Assembly (NCBI GenBank): GCA_965279515.1
Contig: CBDIID010000003.1
Span: forward strand, 2,912,001-2,976,000
Origin: Turneriella sp.
GTDB taxonomy: Bacteria > Spirochaetota > Leptospiria > Turneriellales > Turneriellaceae
Length of the DNA: 64,000 nt
Reading direction: 5' to 3'
Each line of letters begins with the position of its first letter. Position 1 is the stretch's first letter. Positions 9,892 through 18,434 of this stretch are shown piece after piece. The position numbers were made by a program, and so were the translations under genes. The notes beneath the pieces are model-generated. The model was given only the letters and a program-made list of their open reading frames with translations, was not told the DNA's origin and made no database searches.

Positions 9892-10440
9892 ATTGATATC
9901 AGTCCGATTCGTTACACGTCGGTGACCATTAGAAAGAATATACGACTCTCCTTAAGGAAGGCGGTTTCCACGCTTGGCCAACATGATTTGCGTTTTTCAG
10001 AGCAACGCTTGATGCGCGAGTGTCTGCGCCTTGCTCTCCGCTTGTGGCGTGGCCGAAAAGAAAAGGCGCGCCGCAACAGGCGATACAACCGCAAATCCGG
10101 GGTATATGAAATCGTGCCCTTTTACACAACCGAAGCCCTGCGATCCGTAGCTTGGCTGCGCTGTCATCATTCGGGTATTTCGCTCTCGCGCCTCATGGAT
10201 TTCGCCGTGCGCCATTATTTAGAGCGGGTGGTGGAGCGTTGGCTAAGTATTGACTATGAGGGGCGTAGCCCAGACGATGTTGAATTCTGGAAGTCGAAAT
10301 ACGAAAAAAGAAGAGTCATAGCCAATTTCATTATTAGCTATGACAATCTTACGCCGAGAAACGATGCAACAGTCCTTGCTTTCGAGGAGAAATTAGAATT
10401 CGAGCCTTGGCCACCACCTCAAACGCAATTTACCCTCTGA
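9883..10440 (+). CDS. Hypothetical basic protein, ribbon-helix-helix/DUF1564-like
   Basis: 185 aa; SGISLSRLMDFAVRHYL resembles RHH helix B; similar architecture to the ORF at 54481-55017. Confidence 0.55.
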   Translation: MQHIDISPIRYTSVTIRKNIRLSLRKAVSTLGQHDLRFSEQRLMRECLRLALRLWRGRKEKARRNRRYNRKSGVYEIVPFYTTEALRSVAWLRCHHSGISLSRLMDFAVRHYLERVVERWLSIDYEGRSPDDVEFWKSKYEKRRVIANFIISYDNLTPRNDATVLAFEEKLEFEPWPPPQTQFTL

Positions 10441-10566
10441 ATTTAATACATTCTTGCCTTAAAAATCTCAGCACATCGCGCGGAAGGGAAAGTCACGGCC
10501 GATTGCCACTGCTTCTGTTAAAAACTATTTACACCCGCCCGCGGCCTCCTGAGCTAATTCGTCCCG

Positions 10567-11373
10567 GTGAAATCCTTCCTTCTGCTATGCTTCTCTCTTT
10601 TGCTTTCTTCAATAAATTGTCAAAGCACGCCCAAAAAAGCTGCATCTGAATCATCCGTCTCCACGGCTAACGATTCGGGAGGTGATGCCAAAGCTATCGC
10701 ACGAAATGCGGATGATCCCGATGGAGAGTCTGACATGCCGATTTCAGATCCTTTAGAAGGATACAATCGCAAGATTCATGGTTTTAACGATTTCTTTTTC
10801 CATTATTGCCTGTATCCGCTGGCATCCGGATGGAATTTTATCACCCCGAAATTTCTGCGCATTGGCCTGGACAATTTTATCACATGGGCTTATACTCCTG
10901 GCAGACTGATAAACAATTTATTGCAGGCCAAGTTTAAAGGCGCCGGACGTGAGCTTGCATCTTTTTCCATTAACGCGACCTTAGGTGGATTGGGTGTCTA
11001 TGATGCGGCTCAGGATATTTTCTCCCTGGAGAAAACCAACGAAGACGTGGATCAGACTTTGGGTAAATGGGGTATTGGCGAGGGGGCTTACATTGTCTGG
11101 CCGTTCATAGGGCCCAGAACCGTGCGAGGAACCTTTGGTTTTGCAGGAGATGTTTCACTACAACCGCAGATGGTTATCGTCCCTGTCTATATTAAACCCG
11201 AGACTATTTGGGCGCAGGCGGCGATTACCGCTGGCACATATTCCGTCCGGGCGATCAATAGCACTTCGCTGGATCCTGATGAGTATGACAACTTTATGAA
11301 AGACTCGATAGATCCGTACAGCTTCATCCGCGATATTTATTTACAGAATACGCGTAAGAAAGTAGCCGACTAA
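10567..11373 (+). CDS. mlaA: VacJ/MlaA lipoprotein
   Basis: DPLEGYNRKIHGFND, INATLGGLG, EDVDQTLGKWG, YIVWPFIGP, DPYSFIRDIYLQ; lipobox. Confidence 0.92.
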   Translation: MKSFLLLCFSLLLSSINCQSTPKKAASESSVSTANDSGGDAKAIARNADDPDGESDMPISDPLEGYNRKIHGFNDFFFHYCLYPLASGWNFITPKFLRIGLDNFITWAYTPGRLINNLLQAKFKGAGRELASFSINATLGGLGVYDAAQDIFSLEKTNEDVDQTLGKWGIGEGAYIVWPFIGPRTVRGTFGFAGDVSLQPQMVIVPVYIKPETIWAQAAITAGTYSVRAINSTSLDPDEYDNFMKDSIDPYSFIRDIYLQNTRKKVAD

Positions 11374-11958
11374 ATGCTAAAGTTCTCAAGAGCGGGCTTG
11401 GTTTTCGCTCTCATAACAATTCTGACAAACTCCCTCTGGCCGGCATCGCCTCAAGAGGATTTAAAAAAAGCGGTGACTTCGGTTCTCAAAATTCTCGACA
11501 GCAAAAAATCCCGTAAGGAAAAACGCTCAGCGATTTCCGAAATCTACAATGCGAATTTTGACACGGAGAAGCTCGGTTCAAATACGCTCAAGAGCGATTT
11601 CAAAGACCTCTCTGATGCGCAAAAAAGTGACTTCAGTGATAAATTTGCGAAGTTCGTTCTGGAGTTTTATCTCGACAAGCTGGACAAATACGACCGAAAT
11701 AAAATAGAATTTGTCGGGGAAGACATAAAGGGTTCGCGGGCGACTGTAATGACACTCCTGGAATACCAGGGCAAAATGGCGAAAGTCAATTACTCGATGA
11801 TTCAGAAAGGGGATCGCTGGCTGGTTTACGATTTTGAAGTTGAAGGTGTGCGGCTTTCCAGCACTTACCGGTCACAGTTCGCAAAAGTGCTCAAAGAAAA
11901 AGGGTTTGATGGACTGATGGCCGAATTGAATAAGCTTTTGTCTAAATATAAAAAGTAA
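11374..11958 (+). CDS. mlaC: MlaC/Ttg2D phospholipid-binding protein
   Basis: WLVYDFEVEGVRLSSTYRSQF signature; adjacent to mlaA. Confidence 0.9.
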   Translation: MLKFSRAGLVFALITILTNSLWPASPQEDLKKAVTSVLKILDSKKSRKEKRSAISEIYNANFDTEKLGSNTLKSDFKDLSDAQKSDFSDKFAKFVLEFYLDKLDKYDRNKIEFVGEDIKGSRATVMTLLEYQGKMAKVNYSMIQKGDRWLVYDFEVEGVRLSSTYRSQFAKVLKEKGFDGLMAELNKLLSKYKK

Positions 11959-12013
11959 ATCTTGCCCCGGCGCACAGCGGCGCTAAAATATTTTGGTGTA
12001 GTCTGGAGGGAAA

Positions 12014-12595
12014 ATGGATGTTTTTTCACGCGATACCTATTTCGCAAAAATGAAATTTTTTAAGTTATTTGGAAATGCGATCCGCATTTTCGATGAAAGC
12101 AAAGAAAACTTACTGCTTTATGTAAAACAAAAGGCTTTTAAACTCAAAGAAGATATTACTATCTTCGCCGATGAGCAGGAAACCAAACCGATTCTGAAAA
12201 TCAACGCCCGCAGTATTCTGGATTTTAGTGCAGCGTATGACGTGACAGATGTGGCGACTGGCGAGAAACTGGGTGTCTTACGCCGCAAAGGTATGATGTC
12301 GTCGTTTGTAATGGATGCCTGGGAGATTCTCGACAAAAATGATGCAGTTATCGGAAAGATCCAGGAAGACAGCTGGATGATGGCCCTTGTGCGCCGTTAT
12401 TTGGCCAATATCATTCCACAGAAATTCAACATTTCGATTGGCGAGCAGCCTGTTGGAACTGCCAAACAGACCTGGAATCCGTTTCTGCCGCAGATGCGTG
12501 TGGATTTCAGCATCGACACGGGAAAAAAACTCGATCGCCGCCTGGGCCTCGCTGCCATAGTACTGTTACAGGTTATCGAAGGAAAGCAAAAGTAA
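12014..12595 (+). CDS. LURP-one/Tubby-C/scramblase-like protein
   Basis: VKQKAFKLKEDITIFAD and LDRRLGLAAIVLL match the LURP1-related pattern. Confidence 0.6.
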   Translation: MDVFSRDTYFAKMKFFKLFGNAIRIFDESKENLLLYVKQKAFKLKEDITIFADEQETKPILKINARSILDFSAAYDVTDVATGEKLGVLRRKGMMSSFVMDAWEILDKNDAVIGKIQEDSWMMALVRRYLANIIPQKFNISIGEQPVGTAKQTWNPFLPQMRVDFSIDTGKKLDRRLGLAAIVLLQVIEGKQK

Positions 12596-12629
12596 ATGAT
12601 AGCTGGTGCGGGTTAGTACCGCACGACTC

Positions 12630-12962
12630 TTAATCCATATCGCCGGGACGTGGCTTTGTATACTGGCCAACCAGGCCGGTTTCCAGCATTTGCAGAAGAG
12701 CTTGGGTGCGTTTTTCAATCTGCTGGGCATCTGCAGGAGAAACCTGGATCCCGCGTTTGGCCTGAAAGAGTTCATCCGCAAGATTTAAAGCCGTCAAAAG
12801 CAGCATTTTGGTCAGATCGCTGGAGGTCAGCCTTTTCATCTCGATGATCTTGCTGTTGACGTACCCGGCGACCTGCGCCATATATTCGGGGTCCGCGTCA
12901 CCCCGGATGGTGAAGGTCTTTCCCATGAGTTCAACGTTAACACGGCGCTCAGGTTCACTCAT
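12630..12962 (-). CDS. zapA: Cell division protein ZapA
   Basis: VNVELMGKTFTI...YVNSKI...LLLTALNLADELF. Confidence 0.88.
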   Translation of the reverse strand: MSEPERRVNVELMGKTFTIRGDADPEYMAQVAGYVNSKIIEMKRLTSSDLTKMLLLTALNLADELFQAKRGIQVSPADAQQIEKRTQALLQMLETGLVGQYTKPRPGDMD

Positions 12963-12963
12963 A

Positions 12964-13620
12964 TTAGTCCTTAACCGTCCAGCTTCCGTCGTCGGCCTGT
13001 ACCACTTCGCCCTTCAGTGCTGCTTGCTGATACTTTTCTTTTTGTGAGGCGAGTACTTCTTTTTCCGTGGCTTTAAAGGCCTTGTTGGCGCGCTTCTGGT
13101 TCTGCACATAACCCCGCGCTGCCAGGGTACGCGCCTCATTAATTTCCTTAACGGTTTGCGTCAGCGTCCGGTAAGGTCTGCCTAATTCCGGTTCGTCTGC
13201 CTTTTCGGCAGAATATTTTTTTCGCATCTCTTCAGGAATATCTGCTTTTTCCAGAAGAAGATTGGATACATAACCTTTGTTGTTCTCGCCGACGACACGA
13301 TCTTTTTTCAGTTGCGTGAGGTGGCCCGAAAATAATTCAAATTTCAGAAACGCGCGGTAGGTATGCGAGTTTTCCTGTTCTATGCTACGACGAACTTCTT
13401 TCGGCTTGTTGTCGAGTTCTGCATGTTCCGCCGTTTTTGCTGACGAAATCATCCATACGTCTTTCTCAAGCTCGGTCTGTTCGCCGATGATTTGTTTTTC
13501 GATCGCCGTTTTCTGACCCGTGATGGTCACGGGGGGCACCACAATTGTGCCGAAACAACGCACGCAGATCGATCCGGCCAGCAGAATAAAGGCGGAGCGA
13601 CTGCATGCGGAAATGGGCAT
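12964..13620 (-). CDS. YdbL/DUF1318-like exported or lipoprotein
   Basis: KTAIEKQIIG, VGENNKGY and C-terminal GEVVQADDGSW. Confidence 0.65.
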   Translation of the reverse strand: MPISACSRSAFILLAGSICVRCFGTIVVPPVTITGQKTAIEKQIIGEQTELEKDVWMISSAKTAEHAELDNKPKEVRRSIEQENSHTYRAFLKFELFSGHLTQLKKDRVVGENNKGYVSNLLLEKADIPEEMRKKYSAEKADEPELGRPYRTLTQTVKEINEARTLAARGYVQNQKRANKAFKATEKEVLASQKEKYQQAALKGEVVQADDGSWTVKD

Positions 13621-14033
13621 TATTCTACGTCGAGTAACTCAACGTCAAAGATCAGATCTGCATTCGGTGGGATTGCCCCGCCCGCGCCGCGCGGTCCGTA
13701 ACCCAAGGCGGAGGGAATAAACAGCGTGCGCTTTTCCCCGACTTTCATGCCAGCAACGCCTTCATCCCAGCCGCGGATGACTGCGCCTTCGCCGAGGCCA
13801 AAAACGAATGGTTTGCCTCTATCTACAGAGGAGTCAAATTTCTTACCCTTTTTGCCATCCTGATTTAACCAGCCAGTATAATGGACCTGCACACGCTGAC
13901 CCGCCTGTGCGATTTTTCCCGTACCTTGTTTAAGAACTTCGTATTGCAAACCATCCCCCTTGCTGATGCGGCCTTTAGCAACCAGAAGGGCCGGCATCAT
14001 CAGCGCCGCCAGTATCAAAAATACTCGTTTCAT
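13620..14033 (-). CDS. FKBP-type peptidyl-prolyl isomerase
   Basis: VHYTGWL, KFDSS, VIRGWDEG, LGYG, IPPNADLIFDVELL. Confidence 0.96.
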   Translation of the reverse strand: MKRVFLILAALMMPALLVAKGRISKGDGLQYEVLKQGTGKIAQAGQRVQVHYTGWLNQDGKKGKKFDSSVDRGKPFVFGLGEGAVIRGWDEGVAGMKVGEKRTLFIPSALGYGPRGAGGAIPPNADLIFDVELLDVE

Positions 14034-14092
14034 GCGTTACCGACTAAAACTCGCGATGCGGTTGTCGAGTAGAAAAGGGGGATATCCGCCGC

Positions 14093-15193
14093 TTAGAGGG
14101 GGCTTTGGATTTTCTTCAATGACCGCTTTGCGACGCGTGTATAAGTCGTCGTGGTGCGGATATGTTCATGCCCCAGAAGTTGCTGAATATGGCGGATGTC
14201 TGTTCCGGCTTCAAGCAGGTGGGTCGCGAACGAATGACGGAAGCTATGCGCGGACGCACCGCGCCAGACACCCGCGGCCTTCAAGGCGCGGGCGACTACC
14301 TGTTGCAGCGTACGGATCGCCAGGGGGCGACCCGGTTTATGGCCTGAGTCGAACAGGAAATCTTGCCCGCGCTTTCCTTGTACGAGGGCCCTGAGCAGGG
14401 GTATTTGCCGTTCGGAAATAATGGTCAGACGATCTTTCTTGCCTTTGCCTTGCCGTATCATCAGCGCCGATTGCGGCAGGTCGATATCTGCGATGCGGAT
14501 TTTCACGACTTCAGAAACGCGCAGGCCCGAGGAATACATGAGCGAGACCATGAGCCAGTGCTTCTGGTTTTTGATCGAGTTCAGGGTCCTTTCAATTTCG
14601 GCCGCAGATAAGACGATGGGCAGAGGTTTTGCGCCCCGCATCGTGCGGATGAGTGTAAACTCACGCTTCTCGCCGTTGGTTTCACAGAAAAGCCGGAGTG
14701 CCGCGCGAAACCCGCGCAGGCCCTGGTTTGTAATCCCCGTTTCTTTGCGGTGTAGCATGTATGCCACAACCAGTTTTTCAGAAATTGCTACCGAAAGTTT
14801 CTCTCCCCGTCCCTTAAGCCACAGGTGGAAACCCACCATGGTGTGCCTGTAACTGCGCAATGTAGCGGCGGAGTAATTACGCAGCCGTAGAATATTTGCC
14901 AGATTCTGCAGTTGCACCCGCAACGCAGGTTCTGCCGATAGATCGGAGCGCTGGATTTTCGGCGGAGGGGGGCTCAGGTTCCTCAATTGGTCGCGGCGCG
15001 GCCGGACCAGCTGCCGGCCCTTTTGCGCTTGAACTTCCTTGCTGTGATATTCGTGGATTGCCTGAATCTCGGTCTCGCTGACGCCTCGCAAACTCTGCAG
15101 ATAGGCGCTGAGATCAGGCTTGGAGATGTGCGCTATCGTATTGCCAAAAACCGCTTCAATTTCCCTGATTATCCCCAGCGTCTCTGGAATCAC
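14093..15193 (-). CDS. Tyrosine recombinase, integron-integrase-like (SAM-like N-domain)
   Basis: LRNYSAATLRSY, LPIVLS, YSSGLRVSE, GKGKKDR, HSFRHSFATHLLEAGTDIRHIQQLLGH and catalytic Y in TTTTYT. Confidence 0.92.
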   Translation of the reverse strand: MIPETLGIIREIEAVFGNTIAHISKPDLSAYLQSLRGVSETEIQAIHEYHSKEVQAQKGRQLVRPRRDQLRNLSPPPPKIQRSDLSAEPALRVQLQNLANILRLRNYSAATLRSYRHTMVGFHLWLKGRGEKLSVAISEKLVVAYMLHRKETGITNQGLRGFRAALRLFCETNGEKREFTLIRTMRGAKPLPIVLSAAEIERTLNSIKNQKHWLMVSLMYSSGLRVSEVVKIRIADIDLPQSALMIRQGKGKKDRLTIISERQIPLLRALVQGKRGQDFLFDSGHKPGRPLAIRTLQQVVARALKAAGVWRGASAHSFRHSFATHLLEAGTDIRHIQQLLGHEHIRTTTTYTRVAKRSLKKIQSPL

Positions 15194-15200
15194 AAATATA

Positions 15201-15215
15201 GAACAAAAATAGAAC
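15201..15215 (-). promoter_or_regulatory. GTTC-N7-GTTC direct repeat just upstream of the recombinase start
   Basis: + strand GAAC-AAAAATA-GAAC, 7 nt from the GTG start. Confidence 0.35.
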
Positions 15216-15260
15216 TAACTCCTTGTAAAGTTTTTTCCGCGAATGCCGCCCGGCAAAATT

Positions 15261-16136
15261 TCAGGCGATAAATTTTTCGATCAGCTCGTTGACCAGTTGC
15301 GGATGCGAGCGCTGTACCCAGTGGTTGGCGTCGACATAATGCATCTCTGCATGCGGTGCAACGTCCAGTACGTTGGCATAGATCTGCGGAGTGATCGCGA
15401 GATCGTCATTCGGAATAATGACCTGCAGTTTGGTGTCAATCCTACTGGGTACCTCAATCCATTTACCCTGCAGCATTTCGCGGTAGAGATTGAGGGGATT
15501 GACGGCAAAGCCGGCGATGTCTTCGTTTGTGGCGTCGAGCATCGGGTCGTCTGCGGGGACTCCCCCCTGCATGACGGCGCGTGGCCAGATGAAGCTGCCA
15601 AAGTTCGTCAGCGCAAAATCGGGGATCACCGGCAGTTGAAAGAGATAGATATACCAGGACTTAGCCAACTGGTTCAGGGCCTCGAAAATTTTTGCAGGAT
15701 TTAAAGAAGAAAGATTTGCAAACAGATGCGCGCGTGCGAGGCCCGGGTGAGGGCCAGCAATCGAGGTGTAGGATGCGATCTGCGAGGCGTATTCGGGCCG
15801 CGCTGCAAAAACCCAGGAGATAATCGATCCCCAGTCATGCGCGACCAGGTGTGTTTTTTTACCACCCAGGGTTTTGATGGCGGCTGAGATCAGGGGCAGA
15901 ATGTTATCGATATGGTAACCCGAGCGTTCGGGCGGGGCGTCGGAGGCACCGACGCCGGGCAGGTCGAGAGCGCCGACGCGGTATTTCTGTGAGAAGTAAT
16001 CCATCTGGTGCGACCAGGTTTCATGCGAATCGGGCCAGCCGTGTATAAAGAGAATTGCCTCGCTGCTTTCAGGGCCGGCGACTTCCATGGCGAGGCGGCC
16101 AAACGAGGTGGGGATAGACACTGTTTCTGTTTTCAT
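15261..16136 (-). CDS. Alpha/beta hydrolase (epoxide hydrolase-like)
   Basis: HGWPD, DLPGVG, AHDWGS nucleophile, SWYI, HWVQ. Confidence 0.9.
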   Translation of the reverse strand: MKTETVSIPTSFGRLAMEVAGPESSEAILFIHGWPDSHETWSHQMDYFSQKYRVGALDLPGVGASDAPPERSGYHIDNILPLISAAIKTLGGKKTHLVAHDWGSIISWVFAARPEYASQIASYTSIAGPHPGLARAHLFANLSSLNPAKIFEALNQLAKSWYIYLFQLPVIPDFALTNFGSFIWPRAVMQGGVPADDPMLDATNEDIAGFAVNPLNLYREMLQGKWIEVPSRIDTKLQVIIPNDDLAITPQIYANVLDVAPHAEMHYVDANHWVQRSHPQLVNELIEKFIA

Positions 16137-16195
16137 AATTCTTCGGGCGGATGGACCGCCGCGGAATCAGGTTGTCAACAAAAATGACGGTTTGT

Positions 16196-16609
16196 TCACT
16201 TTTGTGCGAAGGCGGTCATTCTTTCGAAGACCTCTGCGGGCCAGCGGGTCAGGCCGAACACAGGGAGCGTGACGAAGCCCAGGTGGAAATCCGACTCGCA
16301 GCGAAACTCGTCACCCGCGAAAGCCCGCATGCGCACGATCACGGTTTTTGCGGTGAGTCGCGCGACAGTCAGTTTAAAGTCGAGCACATCGCCGAGGCGC
16401 GAGGGGCGGGTGAAGCGCGCGGTGATGCGCATGGCGGGCGTGCCGCTTTGGGCGGGGCCGAGCATGTGGCTGAAGGAGTAGCCCAGTTCAGAGGCGAACC
16501 AGTCTTCGAGCATTTCGGTGAAGAGGTTGAAGTACTGGGGTGTGAAGACGATGCCACCGGCGTCGCAGTGTTGCAGGCGGATGGTTTTTTTGCGGGTGAA
16601 TTCTTTCAT
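16196..16609 (-). CDS. Hotdog-fold acyl-CoA thioesterase (4HBT family)
   Basis: CDAGGIVFTPQYF and PSRLGD; ATG at 16609. Confidence 0.88.
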   Translation of the reverse strand: MKEFTRKKTIRLQHCDAGGIVFTPQYFNLFTEMLEDWFASELGYSFSHMLGPAQSGTPAMRITARFTRPSRLGDVLDFKLTVARLTAKTVIVRMRAFAGDEFRCESDFHLGFVTLPVFGLTRWPAEVFERMTAFAQK

Positions 16610-16628
16610 GGGGTGGGGGGTGAAACCG

Positions 16629-17090
16629 TTATTCAGGTTTGGGACTATCATGTTCGCACTGGAGAAGTAAATCTGGCATCTTATCGTAGGGTATACTTAC
16701 AAACTTTACAGTTTCTTTGACTTTATAATCTGTTCGGAGCATCTTCAGGAGTTTTTCCTCAAAAGGTTTATGGTAGTCAACAGCCCCTATCCTGACATCG
16801 TGAATGATTTCCAGGTTCAAAACCTGATTTCTCTCCTGATTTATCGATATGGTAAAATAATGGTATGGATCGCCCATGTAGCACAAATAAACCGATAAAT
16901 TGCAGCGGCAATTCTCATCGGGATTGAGTTCATTTTCCTGCGCTATCTTATCTATTGCGGCTTTCAGTCTTTCCGCATTCCCCTTGAATTTTGCATTCTC
17001 TGTACTTAATTGAAAGGTTGCTGAGCCGCCACAAGAAGCCGCCAATATTGTGAAGTTTAGCATAAGCAGAAAATTACAAATTGGTTTCAT
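16629..17090 (-). CDS. AT-rich orphan lipoprotein
   Basis: Lipobox-like ILAASC; visibly lower GC than neighbours. Confidence 0.6.
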   Translation of the reverse strand: MKPICNFLLMLNFTILAASCGGSATFQLSTENAKFKGNAERLKAAIDKIAQENELNPDENCRCNLSVYLCYMGDPYHYFTISINQERNQVLNLEIIHDVRIGAVDYHKPFEEKLLKMLRTDYKVKETVKFVSIPYDKMPDLLLQCEHDSPKPE

Positions 17091-17172
17091 TTTGCGTCAC
17101 TCAATCTATCCGCAGCGCCTCGCGGGAAAGCATAAAACAAGCGATCGTCGGCGCTTTGCCCTCGATCTTCTG

Positions 17173-17195
17173 GCGCGCAGCTTGTAAATCTCGTT
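17173..17195 (-). repeat. Degenerate repeat arm (attC-like), copy 1
   Basis: - strand AACGAGATTTACAAGCTGCGCGC is 20/23 identical to 39385-39407 (+). Confidence 0.5.
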
Positions 17196-17405
17196 CTCTA
17201 ACTTGGCTGTGCGTGTGAGCCTAGGCATCCTTGCCCGGGCAATATTTAAAACTGCGATTTTGGCAATGGAGCTCGAGTTGACGCGTTTGATCTTTGGCAA
17301 AATTCGAGGAACTCCTTAATGTTTCCTCGGTCGGTCAGACGATGATCATAGTATGGATCTTCATCTTAATTCGAATCGAAAAGCGGGTCGAAATGCCCGA
17401 TGTTT

Positions 17406-17418
17406 TTTGCTATTCAAA
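17406..17418 (+). promoter_or_regulatory. Putative Leptospira-type LexA (SOS) box
   Basis: TTTG-CTATT-CAAA matches TTTG-N5-CAAA and lies 38 nt before the methyltransferase ATG. Confidence 0.5.
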
Positions 17419-17456
17419 GTGTAGCATCAATGACAACCATCAGACCTTCCTAGAGC

Positions 17457-18410
17457 ATGTATAGCGCCTACCTGACTGAAACCCTAAAATTGAGAAGAGC
17501 CAATGGGTTTACTGTGTTGGATTTGTTTGCTGGCGCTGGTGGTTTGTCACTCGGCTTCGAAGCCGCTGGCTTTACCACTTTGGGACAAGAAATTAATAGT
17601 GATGCGTGCCTAACCTACAATCATAACCTTAAAGGTAAATGTGTACAAGAACGGATCAGTGTCTCGAACAGCTTCCCGAAAGCTGATGTGATTATTGGCG
17701 GACCGCCATGTCAACCGTTTAGTGTTCTCGGAAATCGCCTTGGTATCGAAGACGATCGGAATGGTTTCCCTGCGGTAATTCAAGCAATAAAACAGGTAAA
17801 GCCACGAATATTTCTGCTCGAGAATGTCAAAGGTTTAGTTGGCAGCCACAGCACCTACTTCCAAACCGTTCTTCGGTCATTACGAAATCTAAAATACAAT
17901 GTAGCATTTCAGGTCATTAATGCAAAAGATTATGGCGTCCCCCAAAATAGGGAACGAGTACTTATTATTGGCTCCAAAATTCCATACGCATTTCCGAAAA
18001 AACGTACTTTGAGCGTAAATGCCGGTTATGCAATTAACGACATCTTGCCCAAGATGAATAGAGGTGCAAAACTACTGACCAAAAAAATGGATCAATATAT
18101 TGCACGATATGAAAAGGCATCTAAATGCGTGACGCCAAGGGATCTGAATCTCTCTAGGCCGGCTAGGACTCTCACATGCCGCAATCTATCAGGTTTTACT
18201 GGAGATATGCATCGAATAAAAATGAAAAATGGACGGCGAAGAAGGCTGTCAATTCGTGAAGCTGCGAGACTACAAAGCTTTCCAGACTGGTTTGAGTTTT
18301 TTGGAACAGAAGCTAGTCAATTAGTACAAATCGGAAATGCGGTTCCGCCATTATTAGCTTACCAGCTAGCAGAGTCCTTTAAAAAAGCTTTGCGAGGAAA
18401 TGTGATATGA
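17457..18410 (+). CDS. DNA (cytosine-5)-methyltransferase
   Basis: DLFAGAGG (motif I), GGPPCQPFS (IV), ENV (VI), QNRERV (VIII), REAARLQSFP (IX), IGNAVPP (X). Confidence 0.96.
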   Translation: MYSAYLTETLKLRRANGFTVLDLFAGAGGLSLGFEAAGFTTLGQEINSDACLTYNHNLKGKCVQERISVSNSFPKADVIIGGPPCQPFSVLGNRLGIEDDRNGFPAVIQAIKQVKPRIFLLENVKGLVGSHSTYFQTVLRSLRNLKYNVAFQVINAKDYGVPQNRERVLIIGSKIPYAFPKKRTLSVNAGYAINDILPKMNRGAKLLTKKMDQYIARYEKASKCVTPRDLNLSRPARTLTCRNLSGFTGDMHRIKMKNGRRRRLSIREAARLQSFPDWFEFFGTEASQLVQIGNAVPPLLAYQLAESFKKALRGNVI

Positions 18411-18434
18411 AAAACAAAGGAAAAGGGTTTCAGA

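Noticed and set aside
10491..10507. Sigma-54 promoter-like AGTCACGGCCGATTGC upstream of mlaA
   Set aside because: It lacks the invariant -24 GG.
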